Positions 38,794 to 47,653 of a DNA stretch of 64,000 bases are shown in pieces (within the stretch, counting starts at the first letter, position 1; each line of letters opens with the position of its first letter). Source of the stretch: an uncultured Oscillibacter sp. (GTDB lineage: Bacteria; Bacillota; Clostridia; Oscillospirales; Oscillospiraceae); the NCBI GenBank assembly GCA_910585245.1, contig CAJUCO010000008.1, forward strand, positions 3,410 through 67,409. The letters are read 5' to 3'. The notes under the pieces are model-generated. The model had not been told where the DNA came from and did not search any database. It was given only the letters and a program-made list of their open reading frames with translations. Made by a program: the position numbers and the translations under genes.

Positions 38794-39834
38794 ATGGAAC
38801 ACAAGCTGGTGATTCTCCAGGCCGGACGGCTGGAGGGGCGGCTGGGACAGACGCTCGGGGCCGCTCTGGCGGGGGCGCCCTTCCGGTTTGCGGGGGAGGG
38901 GGAGTCCCTTCAAAACCGGCGGCTTCTCTTCGCCTTCTCCCTGCCGGGAAATGGAGTCAATCAGAGTTTGACGGAGCTTCTGGGCCGGCTCCGGGACCAT
39001 CCCGGCTGCCTGCAAGGCAGCGTGGGGGGAGTGGTCATAGACGGAGAGGGAGACCTGTACACCAAGGCGGCGGGCCGGGAGCTCATCCTGGCCGCCAGTT
39101 TGGCGGGCTGCGCCTTTCCGGGACATCCCCTGGTGGAGGCCACGGGGAGCCTTCAAAACTTCGCCGTTCAGGCGCGGAACGGGGGCTGTGACTTGGAAAC
39201 CGCTTACCGCTTGGCGGTGGGGGACCTGGCGGAGCGGGTGGCGGATTTCGCGCCCCCCCGGCGGCGAAGGCCCAGGGTTTTGGCCCTCCACGCGTCCAGC
39301 CGCGCCACCTCCAACACGCTGGACCTTTGGGGCCGGGTCCGGGAGCGGCTGGAGGAGGACTGTGAGATTTTGGAAATCGGCCTTAGGAACGGGACTCTGG
39401 AGGACTGCGCCGGGTGCCCCTACACCACCTGCCTCCACTTTGGGGAGCAGGGGGGCTGCTTTTACGGCGGCGTCATGGTCCAGGAGGTCTTCCCCGCCCT
39501 CCGGCAGGCAGACGCGGTGGCGCTTCTTTGTCCCAATTACAACGACGCCCTCTCCGCCAACCTCACCGCCGCCGTGAACCGCCTGACGGCTCTCTACCGC
39601 GCGACCTCTTTCGGGGGCAAGGCGGTCTTTGCCATTGTGGTCTCCGGCTATTCCGGGGGAGACCTGGTGGCAAGTCAGGTGGTCTCGGCCCTTTGCCTCA
39701 ACAAGGGCTTCTGGCTTCCTCCCGGGGCCCTGCTGTTGGAGACCGCCAACGACGCTGGGGCGGCCCTCAGGCTGCCGGGAATCGGGGAGCGGCTGGAGCG
39801 CTTCGCGGACAATATGCGCTTTTGGCTTTCGTAG
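38794..39834 (+). CDS. flavodoxin-like NAD(P)H-dependent oxidoreductase with Cys motif
   Basis: ASSRATSNT, CAGCPYTTC-X8-C, CPNYND, SGYSGG. Confidence 0.78.
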   Translation: MEHKLVILQAGRLEGRLGQTLGAALAGAPFRFAGEGESLQNRRLLFAFSLPGNGVNQSLTELLGRLRDHPGCLQGSVGGVVIDGEGDLYTKAAGRELILAASLAGCAFPGHPLVEATGSLQNFAVQARNGGCDLETAYRLAVGDLAERVADFAPPRRRRPRVLALHASSRATSNTLDLWGRVRERLEEDCEILEIGLRNGTLEDCAGCPYTTCLHFGEQGGCFYGGVMVQEVFPALRQADAVALLCPNYNDALSANLTAAVNRLTALYRATSFGGKAVFAIVVSGYSGGDLVASQVVSALCLNKGFWLPPGALLLETANDAGAALRLPGIGERLERFADNMRFWLS

Positions 39835-39960
39835 AGGCGAAACCGTGTGGCCGTACCCTTAAAACGTACAGGGACGTACTCCGCCGCCGGGGCTCTTGCG
39901 CTTTGTGGCGGGACGTGCTAAAATGATGGGACAATCTATAGAAAAGGAGTATCCCCGTCT

Positions 39961-41130
39961 ATGAAAAAGTTTTTCCTGCCGCTGCTGGCCCTTCTCTGCC
40001 TGATCCTCCCGGCCCAGGCGGCGGGCTTTTACGATCTCCCGGCGGACCACTGGGCCGGGGAGGAAATCCAACAGGCGCTGGCCGCCGGGGCGGTAAACGG
40101 CTACGGCGACGGCTCCTTCCAGCCTGCCCGGGAGGTCACCGCCGCCCAATTTTGCGCCATACTTTCCCGCTCCTTCCTGCAGGAGGAGTACGCCGCCGCC
40201 AAAGAGGGGAGGTACCAGGCCATGGACGCCTGCCGCGCCGTTCTCAAGGGCACGTCGGCGGAGGAGACCTGGCGGGACCTGGGCAAGCGCTGGGACCGCT
40301 ATGTGAACGAGCCCCTGAGCCGCTATGACATGGCCCAGATCCTCTACAATCTGGTCCTGGAAAAGGACGCCCTCCAGGAGACCGTCCAGCTTTCCACCAC
40401 GGACATCGCCGACTGGGCGGATATCCCCGACGGCTATCACAGCGCCGTCTTCACCTGCTGGGGTATGGGACTTCTAAAAGGACAGGCCGATGGCCGCTTC
40501 GCCGGGGAAGAGCATTTGAACCGGGCCCAGACCTGTGTGATCTGGTCCCGGATGGACGCCTTGCTCAACGGCCCCCGAGAGATCCCGGAGGACCCGGACG
40601 CGGGCGTAGAAGTCAAAGAGATGCCCGCTTTCGGTCTCCAGGGGGACGAGACGGTCCAGCAGATGATGAAGCGCGTCAACGCCAAAACGCCCCGCTGCAA
40701 GGAGGGCCGCCTTCCCAACGGCAAGCTGCGGACGGAGGAAAATATCCAAGAGCTGTTGGAGCTGGTGAAGCAGGGCTGCCCCGACGGCACGGTTTGGAGC
40801 AGCACCATCCGCTATGACTACCAGCCCTCCCAGTTCGGTTTGACACATGGCTGCTTGTCCTTTGCCATGGCGGTGGGGGATTTCCTTTTTGGGGAGGAGA
40901 CTCCCGTCACGCAGCACCGGAATTTCCGGACCCTGGCCGTGGGGGACGCCCTCCATATCCAAGGCGGCGGCGCGGAACGGGTGCTGATTCTCACCTCCGT
41001 GGACCGGGAGGAGGACGTTTATACCGCCTGCGCCCTGGAGCGGAACGGGAAAGTGAACTGGGACGAGTGGGGCCCCCTCTCCGGATTGGTGGACGCCGTG
41101 AACTTCACCACCGTGTACAGCCGGGGATAA
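39961..41130 (+). CDS. secreted S-layer homology (SLH) domain protein
   Basis: Signal peptide; FYDLPADHWA...NGYGDGSFQP and GLLKGQADGRF...LNRAQ SLH motifs. Confidence 0.88.
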   Translation: MKKFFLPLLALLCLILPAQAAGFYDLPADHWAGEEIQQALAAGAVNGYGDGSFQPAREVTAAQFCAILSRSFLQEEYAAAKEGRYQAMDACRAVLKGTSAEETWRDLGKRWDRYVNEPLSRYDMAQILYNLVLEKDALQETVQLSTTDIADWADIPDGYHSAVFTCWGMGLLKGQADGRFAGEEHLNRAQTCVIWSRMDALLNGPREIPEDPDAGVEVKEMPAFGLQGDETVQQMMKRVNAKTPRCKEGRLPNGKLRTEENIQELLELVKQGCPDGTVWSSTIRYDYQPSQFGLTHGCLSFAMAVGDFLFGEETPVTQHRNFRTLAVGDALHIQGGGAERVLILTSVDREEDVYTACALERNGKVNWDEWGPLSGLVDAVNFTTVYSRG

Positions 41131-41163
41131 GCCTTTGGAAAGGACCGCCCTTTGGGCGGTCCT

Positions 41164-41326
41164 CAGAGTGCCGAAAAACCGTAAAAACCATCCCCGGCGG
41201 GAAGGAAGAGAGTTACGAGAGGAACCCGGGAGGGGTTCCTTTCGTTTTCAATCATACGTTTTCAAAACATTTGAAAACGTTTTGAAAACTTGCTCAGGCT
41301 GGCGAAAATCCTTTTTCGACAGCCTG
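41164..41326. mobile_element. MITE-like element (family B) with imperfect TIRs and a duplicated terminator target
   Basis: Ends CAGAGTGCCGAAAAA / TTTTTCGACAGCCTG; flanked by the ~26-bp direct repeat GAAAGGACCGCCCnTTGGnCGGTCCT (41138-41163, 41326-41351). Confidence 0.7.
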
Positions 41327-41430
41327 AAAGGACCGCCCGTTGGACGGTCCTTTTCCGTCTCTCCGCCCTTGCAAACCCTTGTTTCAAGTGTTATGATATC
41401 CACAGCAAACCAAGGAAAGCGGGGAAAGAC

Positions 41431-43164
41431 ATGGCAATCATCGGCATTGATCTGGGTACCACCAACTCTCTGGCCGCCGTCTGGCGCAACGGGAAGAGCG
41501 AGCTGATTCCAAACGCAGCCGGGAAGGCGCTGACTCCCAGCGTAGTGAGCGTGGACGAGGATGGCGGCGTCCTGGTGGGCCGGGCGGCCAGGGACCGCCT
41601 CATCTCCCACCCGGAGCGGACCGCCGCCCGGTTTAAGCGGTTTATGGGCACAGACAAGACCTATACGCTGGGCAGCCGGACCTTCACGCCGGAGGATTTG
41701 TCCTCCCTGATTCTCCGCTCTCTCCGGGAAGACGCGGAGGCCTATCTGGGAGAGACGGTGGAGGAGGCGGTGGTCAGCGTCCCCGCCTACTTCGCCGAGG
41801 CCCAGCGGGCGGCTACAAAACGGGCCGCCGCCCTGGCGGGACTGAAGGTGGAACGGCTGGTCAACGAGCCCTCCGCCGCCGCGGTGGCGGGCCACATCAG
41901 CGAGGGGGAGGAGGATAAGGTCTCGCTGGTCTTCGATCTTGGCGGCGGCACCCTGGACGTGTCCTTGGTGGAGCGCTTCGGCAATGTGGTCAGCGTCACC
42001 GCCGTCAGTGGGGACAACCGCCTGGGCGGCGCGGATTTTGATTTGGCCATTGCCCGGGGCTTTTGCGAGGACGGACACTTGGATTTCGACAGCCTGACTC
42101 CCCGCCAAAAAGAGCTTTTAATCCGGCAGGCGGAGACCTGCAAGATGGCCCTGACGAACCAGGAGATGGTGATCATGTCTGTGGACGACGGGACGATTTC
42201 CGCAGCCCTGACCCTTTCCAACGAGTGGCTTATCCGCAAGTGCGAAACGCTCTTCCGGCGGATGACCGCCCCCATTCAGCGGGTCTTTCTGGACGGGGGC
42301 GTCTCCCCCCGGGAGCTGGACGATCTGGTGATGGTGGGCGGGTCCAGCCATATGCCCGCCGTCCGGCGGTACATCGCCCGGTTTCTCCGCAAAGAGCCCG
42401 TCCGGGACAGCCGCCCCGACACGGCCGTGGCCCTGGGGGCGGGAATTTGCGCCGGGATGAAGGCCCGGGTGGGGGACCTTCGGGAGCTGGTTCTCACCGA
42501 CGTGTGCCCGTTCACCCTGGGGGTGGCCCGGTATAACGAAAGCGAACCGGGCCGGGACCTGATGAGCCCCATTATCGAGCGTAACAGCGTTCTCCCAACC
42601 AGCAAGATGGGGATTTACTATACCGTCCGGGACGGCCAGGACCGGGTGGATGTGCGGGTCTATCAGGGGGAGAACCGCTACTGTGCGGATAACACCCTGC
42701 TGGGGACGCTCCAGATCTCCGTGCCCCCGGCCCCCAGGGGGGAGCAATCCATCCGCGTCCGCTTCACCTATGACATCAACGGCCTTTTAGAGGTGGAGGT
42801 GGCCGGAGAGGCGGGGCAGTCCCGGCGTCTGGTCCTCCAGAACAAGGACATGACGGCGGCGGAGGCGGAGCGCCGCTTACAAGAGCTGTCCCATCTAAAG
42901 CTCCACCCCCGGGACCAGGAGGAGTACCGGGCCATGGTGGCCCGGGGGGAGCGGCTGTATGCCGTCACCGTGGGGGAGCTTCGGGAACAGGTGGCGGAGA
43001 TGCTGGATTGGTATCAGCGGGTTCTCTCCACCCAGGAGAACTTGAAAATTGCCAAGGCCACAAAGCGTCTGGACCGCTTTTTCGATCAGGCGGAGGCCTA
43101 TCTGGGAGACGCGGCCCTGCCGCCGCCGGAGCTTTCGGAGGACGATGAGGAGGACGGGCTGTGA
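41431..43164 (+). CDS. hscC: Hsp70-family chaperone, HscC (Hsc62) type
   Basis: IGIDLGTTNS, VSVPAYF, NEPSAAA, DLGGGTLDVS, RFTYDINGLLEVE, LKLHPRDQEE; 577 aa; promoter TTGCAA(41369)-17-TATGAT. Confidence 0.85.
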   Translation: MAIIGIDLGTTNSLAAVWRNGKSELIPNAAGKALTPSVVSVDEDGGVLVGRAARDRLISHPERTAARFKRFMGTDKTYTLGSRTFTPEDLSSLILRSLREDAEAYLGETVEEAVVSVPAYFAEAQRAATKRAAALAGLKVERLVNEPSAAAVAGHISEGEEDKVSLVFDLGGGTLDVSLVERFGNVVSVTAVSGDNRLGGADFDLAIARGFCEDGHLDFDSLTPRQKELLIRQAETCKMALTNQEMVIMSVDDGTISAALTLSNEWLIRKCETLFRRMTAPIQRVFLDGGVSPRELDDLVMVGGSSHMPAVRRYIARFLRKEPVRDSRPDTAVALGAGICAGMKARVGDLRELVLTDVCPFTLGVARYNESEPGRDLMSPIIERNSVLPTSKMGIYYTVRDGQDRVDVRVYQGENRYCADNTLLGTLQISVPPAPRGEQSIRVRFTYDINGLLEVEVAGEAGQSRRLVLQNKDMTAAEAERRLQELSHLKLHPRDQEEYRAMVARGERLYAVTVGELREQVAEMLDWYQRVLSTQENLKIAKATKRLDRFFDQAEAYLGDAALPPPELSEDDEEDGL

Positions 43165-44879
43165 GCTGGCCCTGGAGCGAGCTGGGTCTGGAGGGCCCCG
43201 GCGGCCTTCCGGAAATCCGGGAGGCCTATGCCAAGCGATTGAAAACCACCCATCCCGAGGAGGACCCGGAGGGCTTCCAGCAACTCCACGCCGCCTATCA
43301 GGAGGCCAGCCGACGGGCTCGCCAGGCCGCCCGGAACCCACAGGGGCAGGGGGCGCCGGAGGAGATGGAGGGGGAGGACTCTTCGGGTTTCGCGGGGAAA
43401 GAGAAAACGGAGGAGCCCCCGGAGGAATCGCCGCCTTGGGACTATGAACGCCTTTTCGCGGAAGGGGCGGCGGAGGCCCAGGCGGCCCGCCGGCGGAAAC
43501 TGGAGGAGCTTCGAAAGAAAAACCAGTCCCGGCTGCGAGAGGAGGAACTGCGGCGGGCGGAGGACGAGGAGGAGTCCTGGGCGGCGGTCATGGCGGCGGC
43601 CCAGGCTTTGGAGCTGCTGCACACCGGCGGCGCGCCGCTGTCCCGGTGGTGGGGATTTTTGGAAAGTCCGGTCTTTTTGAATGTCCGGGCCAACCACGAT
43701 TTTGTCTTCGCGCTGGAGGACTTCCTCCAGCAGCACCCCGACCTTTCCCCGGAGATTCGCAGGGCCATTTTCATCGCCTATGAGAGGCAAAACGGCTCCA
43801 AATACGCCATGTACCACCGCCTCTACCAACTTTTAAATGTGGAGCAAGGGGACAGGCGGAGAATGGCCCGGGCCAAAAGCGGCTGGCGGAACGCTTGGCG
43901 GAGGTATCCCCCCTGGCGGAAGGCTGTCATTGTGGTTTGCTTCTCCATTTTGGCGGTTTTCTTCTCCATAGGCTGGGCCGTCAATCTGCAAACCGCCCGG
44001 GAGGATTTTGCCGCGAGGCAGGCGGCCAAACACTGGCCGGAGACGGCCTCCCAGTGGCTGGAGGAAGACTTTGGAGAGCCCTTCATCGTGTCCGGCAAGC
44101 TCTTCGCCCCGGCGGAGCACCCCCATCTTCTCTTCCAGGTCCTCCCCTATGGGGAGCGGTCGGACCGCTGGCCCGGTTACTGGACGAATTATGCCGGAGT
44201 TCTGGTGCAGGCGGCCCTGGAGGCCTTTGCCGCGCAGCAGGAGCTGGAGTTGGAACTAGGGGCCTATACGGGAGAGCTGGGGGACGCGCCGGGGGCCTAT
44301 CTTTTCAATGTGCCTTTCCAGGGGGCGGAGGAAACCATTGCCGCCCTGGGGGAATTGGTGGACAACCTGGAAGCCCGGGAGTGGTATCAGGTCCTCTCCC
44401 CCACGCAAGAGGGGAAGACGCCGGTCCGGGAGCCGGTGGAGTACCAGATCTTTCTTTGTTACGAGGGACTGGCCTTCTACGACGCCGGGTCCGCCGGGGG
44501 GTTCGATGCCTCCGAGGCCCTGTCCCGGTATGAGCAGGTGGGGTGCGCCTATCTCCGCTACATTCTGGAGCACAGCGGTCTGGCGGACAAACACATGGGG
44601 GAGGGAGCCTATGTTCTCCAGGACCAGGGTCCCCTGAAAATCGGCGAGGGAACCTTCTACCAGGTCACCGGCGCGGACAAGGACAGCGGGGAGGCCCGGG
44701 TCCAGTATATCCAGGCCTCCGGCGGAGGGATGCTCTTTTGCATCCCCGCCGGGGAGCTGGAGGGCCCTCCCGGCCTGACGGATCTCTACGGAGGCGCCAC
44801 CTCCCAACTCCAGGTGGACAAGGTGGGGCTGGTGCTGGTGTTTGACCACGTTGGTCCGGCGCAGGAAGGGGAGCAATAG
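43161..44879 (+). CDS. J-domain membrane protein (HPE variant, DjlC-like)
   Basis: N-terminal W..LGL...IREAYAKRLKTTHPEEDPEGFQQL..AY; one TM segment near aa 255-277; overlaps the hscC stop (GTGA). Confidence 0.8.
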   Translation: MSWPWSELGLEGPGGLPEIREAYAKRLKTTHPEEDPEGFQQLHAAYQEASRRARQAARNPQGQGAPEEMEGEDSSGFAGKEKTEEPPEESPPWDYERLFAEGAAEAQAARRRKLEELRKKNQSRLREEELRRAEDEEESWAAVMAAAQALELLHTGGAPLSRWWGFLESPVFLNVRANHDFVFALEDFLQQHPDLSPEIRRAIFIAYERQNGSKYAMYHRLYQLLNVEQGDRRRMARAKSGWRNAWRRYPPWRKAVIVVCFSILAVFFSIGWAVNLQTAREDFAARQAAKHWPETASQWLEEDFGEPFIVSGKLFAPAEHPHLLFQVLPYGERSDRWPGYWTNYAGVLVQAALEAFAAQQELELELGAYTGELGDAPGAYLFNVPFQGAEETIAALGELVDNLEAREWYQVLSPTQEGKTPVREPVEYQIFLCYEGLAFYDAGSAGGFDASEALSRYEQVGCAYLRYILEHSGLADKHMGEGAYVLQDQGPLKIGEGTFYQVTGADKDSGEARVQYIQASGGGMLFCIPAGELEGPPGLTDLYGGATSQLQVDKVGLVLVFDHVGPAQEGEQ

Positions 44880-44904
44880 GAACCGGGCCGTCACCGGCCC
44901 GGTT

Positions 44905-45065
44905 CAGGCTGCCGAAAAAGATTTTCGCCAGCCTGAATAAGGTTTTCAGACCTTTCAAAAGGTCTGAAAACTTCTGATTCAAAAACGAGAGAAACCCATC
45001 AGGGTTTCTCTCGTAGCTCTTTCCCGTTCCGCCCTATTCTAGACGGCGCTTTTTTGACGAGCTGA
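44905..45065. mobile_element. MITE-like element (family B), inverted relative to the 41164 copy
   Basis: Its reverse complement aligns with 41164-41326 (TACGAGAG, GTTTTCA...TGAAAAC, TCAGGCTGGCGAAAATC..TTTTTCG.CAGCCTGAA); sits between hairpins. Confidence 0.7.
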
Positions 45066-45105
45066 GGAACCCAAGGGGGTTCCTCTTTTTTTCGTCACAG
45101 GCTGT

Positions 45106-46059
45106 TTACCGGCAGGTAAAGGCGTACCAGCCGTTGTCCTCCCGCCGGTTTTGGATGTCAAGACCCGCGGCGGTTAAGGCGGCTTCCACCTCTCCGGCCC
45201 TGCCCTCAATGATGCCGGAGCAGAGGAAGGCGCCGCCTGCGTTCAAAAGTCTCCGGACACGGGGGGCCAGGGCGATGATCACGTCCGCCACAATGTTGGC
45301 CAGCACCAGATCGTATCCCCCGCCGATTTTCTCCGCCACGGTTTCGTCCGTCAAAAGGTTTCCCACCAGAATGTCCATTTGCTCCGGGCCGATGCCGTTT
45401 AACTTTGCGTTTTCCCCGGCGGCATCCCGGCACTTGTCGTCAATGTCCACCGCCAGGGCGGACCCGGCCCCCAGGCGCAAGGCGGCCACAGACAAAATGC
45501 CGCTTCCGCAGCCCAGGTCCAACACCCGCTCTCCGCCCCGGACCAGATCCTCCAGGGCTGTGAGACACAGCCGGGTGGTGGCGTGGGCCCCGGTTCCAAA
45601 GGTGAGCCCTGGGTCCAGGTAGAGGGGCGCCCGGTCCCCGGGGTCCGCCTCCTCCCACTGGGGGATGACCAGCAGCCGCCTTCCGATCTCCATGGGCTTA
45701 TAGTACTGTTTCCAGTTGTTCTCCCAGTCGGCGTCCTCCACATCCTCCAGGGTCATCAGCAGGGTTCCCAGGTCTTGGCGCTCCCGCTTCAGATCTTCCA
45801 GGGCGACGCGGATTTCCCCCAGCTTGGCAAAGCCCGCCTCCCGGGCCTCCAGATAGAAGGTGATCCGGGACCGGCCCGCCATGTGGCGCTCCAGATCTTC
45901 GTCCACATAGTCCCAGTAGTCGTGGTTATTTTCCAGAAAGTCCTGGAACTCCTCCTCGTCTTCAATCATCACACCGTCCACCCCCAGGGCGGACAAAAAG
46001 GCCTGGACCGTCTCCAGTCCTCCGTGATGGGTGTCAATGTGCACTTCCAGCCAGCGCAT
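45106..46059 (-). CDS. prmA: ribosomal protein L11 methyltransferase
   Basis: DWENNWKQYY, DPGLTFGTGAHATT, LDLGCGSGIL, ANIVA, SGII. Confidence 0.95.
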   Translation of the reverse strand: MRWLEVHIDTHHGGLETVQAFLSALGVDGVMIEDEEEFQDFLENNHDYWDYVDEDLERHMAGRSRITFYLEAREAGFAKLGEIRVALEDLKRERQDLGTLLMTLEDVEDADWENNWKQYYKPMEIGRRLLVIPQWEEADPGDRAPLYLDPGLTFGTGAHATTRLCLTALEDLVRGGERVLDLGCGSGILSVAALRLGAGSALAVDIDDKCRDAAGENAKLNGIGPEQMDILVGNLLTDETVAEKIGGGYDLVLANIVADVIIALAPRVRRLLNAGGAFLCSGIIEGRAGEVEAALTAAGLDIQNRREDNGWYAFTCR

Positions 46060-46083
46060 ATTCAACCGCCTTTCTATAGGTCC

Positions 46084-46962
46084 TCACCGGCTTCTGCCGA
46101 CGAAAAACAGCGTTACGGCCCCGGCTCCGGTGTGGCTGCCGATTACAGGACCTATATAGTTGATAAAGACCTCCCTCACCCCCAGGCGGCGGCGGACCTC
46201 CTCCGCCAGGAATTCCGCTTCCTCCCGGCAGTCCCCGTGGCTGATAAAGACGGGGTATTCCTCCGGGTCCACGGCGGTTTTCTCCATGTGGTCCACCAGA
46301 GCCAACAAGGAGGCCTTCCGCCCCCGGCACTTCTCCATGGGGATCAGACGGCCCTGACCGTCCACGTGGAGTACGGGCTTGACGGACAGCATGGTCCCGA
46401 ACAGGGCCGCCGCCGCGCTGACCCGGCCGCCCCGCTTCAGGTGCTTGAGATCGTCCACGGTAAACCAGTGGCAGATGTTGGCCTTGGCACCCTCGGCGTA
46501 GTCCCAGACCTCTTCCAGGGTTTTTCCCTTCTGCTTTTCCCGGGCGCAGAGCCAGACGAATAGACCCTGTCCCATGGAGGCGCAGAGGCTGTCCATAACC
46601 AGCACCTTCCGCTCCGGGAAGGACTCGCTCAGTTCTCTCCCCGCGATGACGGCGGACTGGTAGGTGGTGGAGAGGGCGGAAGAAAAGCAAAGACACAAAA
46701 TGTCCCGTCCGGAGGCCAGTATGGGCCTCATGGCGGCCTCGAAATCCCCCACGTTGACGGCGGAGGTGACGGGCATGGCGCCGTTTCGAACATGGCGGTA
46801 AAAGTCCTGGAAGCCGATCTCGCTGCCGTCCAGCAGATTCCGGTAGCTCTTTCCCTCCATTTCCAGCCGGAGGGGCAGCACCTCCAGAGACAGCTGCCGC
46901 GCCATGTCCGCAGTGAGGTCGCAGCAGCTGTCGGTCATGATCACATAGTCAGCCATGTTCAT
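46084..46962 (-). CDS. DegV family fatty-acid-binding protein
   Basis: TDSCCDL, TSAVN, SSALSTTYQSA, GGRVS, GPVIGSHTG. Confidence 0.93.
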   Translation of the reverse strand: MNMADYVIMTDSCCDLTADMARQLSLEVLPLRLEMEGKSYRNLLDGSEIGFQDFYRHVRNGAMPVTSAVNVGDFEAAMRPILASGRDILCLCFSSALSTTYQSAVIAGRELSESFPERKVLVMDSLCASMGQGLFVWLCAREKQKGKTLEEVWDYAEGAKANICHWFTVDDLKHLKRGGRVSAAAALFGTMLSVKPVLHVDGQGRLIPMEKCRGRKASLLALVDHMEKTAVDPEEYPVFISHGDCREEAEFLAEEVRRRLGVREVFINYIGPVIGSHTGAGAVTLFFVGRSR

Positions 46963-47516
46963 GCACGCTCCTTTTCTTTTTTCCCTGTGGGCTCCAATTC
47001 CTTCCGCTGCCGGAGTAGGGCCACGCAGCGGCTTCCCGCCACACCGGCGGCATAGCTCAAAAGGGCGAAGTGGATGGCGGCGTCCGCCAAGGCCGGGTCG
47101 TCCAGCTCCTGGTTCCCCGTCCGGGCGGACAACTCGTCCGCGGTGATGTTCAAAGCCTTGTCCAGACTCTGACGGAAGGCGGCGTATCCCTCCTGCACCG
47201 GGCGGTCTTGAAGCTCCTCCCGGATGAGAAGGTCCATGTCCCGGGTGGACATGACCCGCTTTAAAACGCAGATGGCGGTGAAATAGGCCAGATGTTCCCG
47301 GCCGTATTTCTTCCCCTCGGCCCTGGGGGCCAGTCCACTTTTTGTATAGTTGTTCACCATGGCGGCGGTGAGGCCATCGTCCCCGTCAAAGCGGATGACC
47401 TGCCGGTCCATATAGGAGAGAACCTGGTCCATGTACAAAGAGAAGTCCGGCAGCTGGTCCCACTCCACGGGACGCTGGTCCCGAAGGCGGGCTTGGAGGT
47501 CGGTTAGATCGTTCAT
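46959..47516 (-). CDS. DUF1836 domain protein (putative regulator)
   Basis: WDQLPDFSLYMDQV, LTAAMVNNYTK, KKYGREH. Confidence 0.85.
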   Translation of the reverse strand: MNDLTDLQARLRDQRPVEWDQLPDFSLYMDQVLSYMDRQVIRFDGDDGLTAAMVNNYTKSGLAPRAEGKKYGREHLAYFTAICVLKRVMSTRDMDLLIREELQDRPVQEGYAAFRQSLDKALNITADELSARTGNQELDDPALADAAIHFALLSYAAGVAGSRCVALLRQRKELEPTGKKEKERA

Positions 47517-47653
47517 AAGACGCCCTTTCTTGAACATCGGTGGATTTTTTCAACAAAACAGCCGCCCGAAAGGCCGGACGGCTGGGCAATGGTTATTGTA
47601 ACACCATTACGCGGTTTTGTAAACCACATTTTGGGGGATTGAAAAACATATTT

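Noticed and set aside
41431..43164. dnaK call
   Set aside because: Short, with an HscC-type C-terminus, no grpE/dnaJ/hrcA or CIRCE, and an HPE J-partner.
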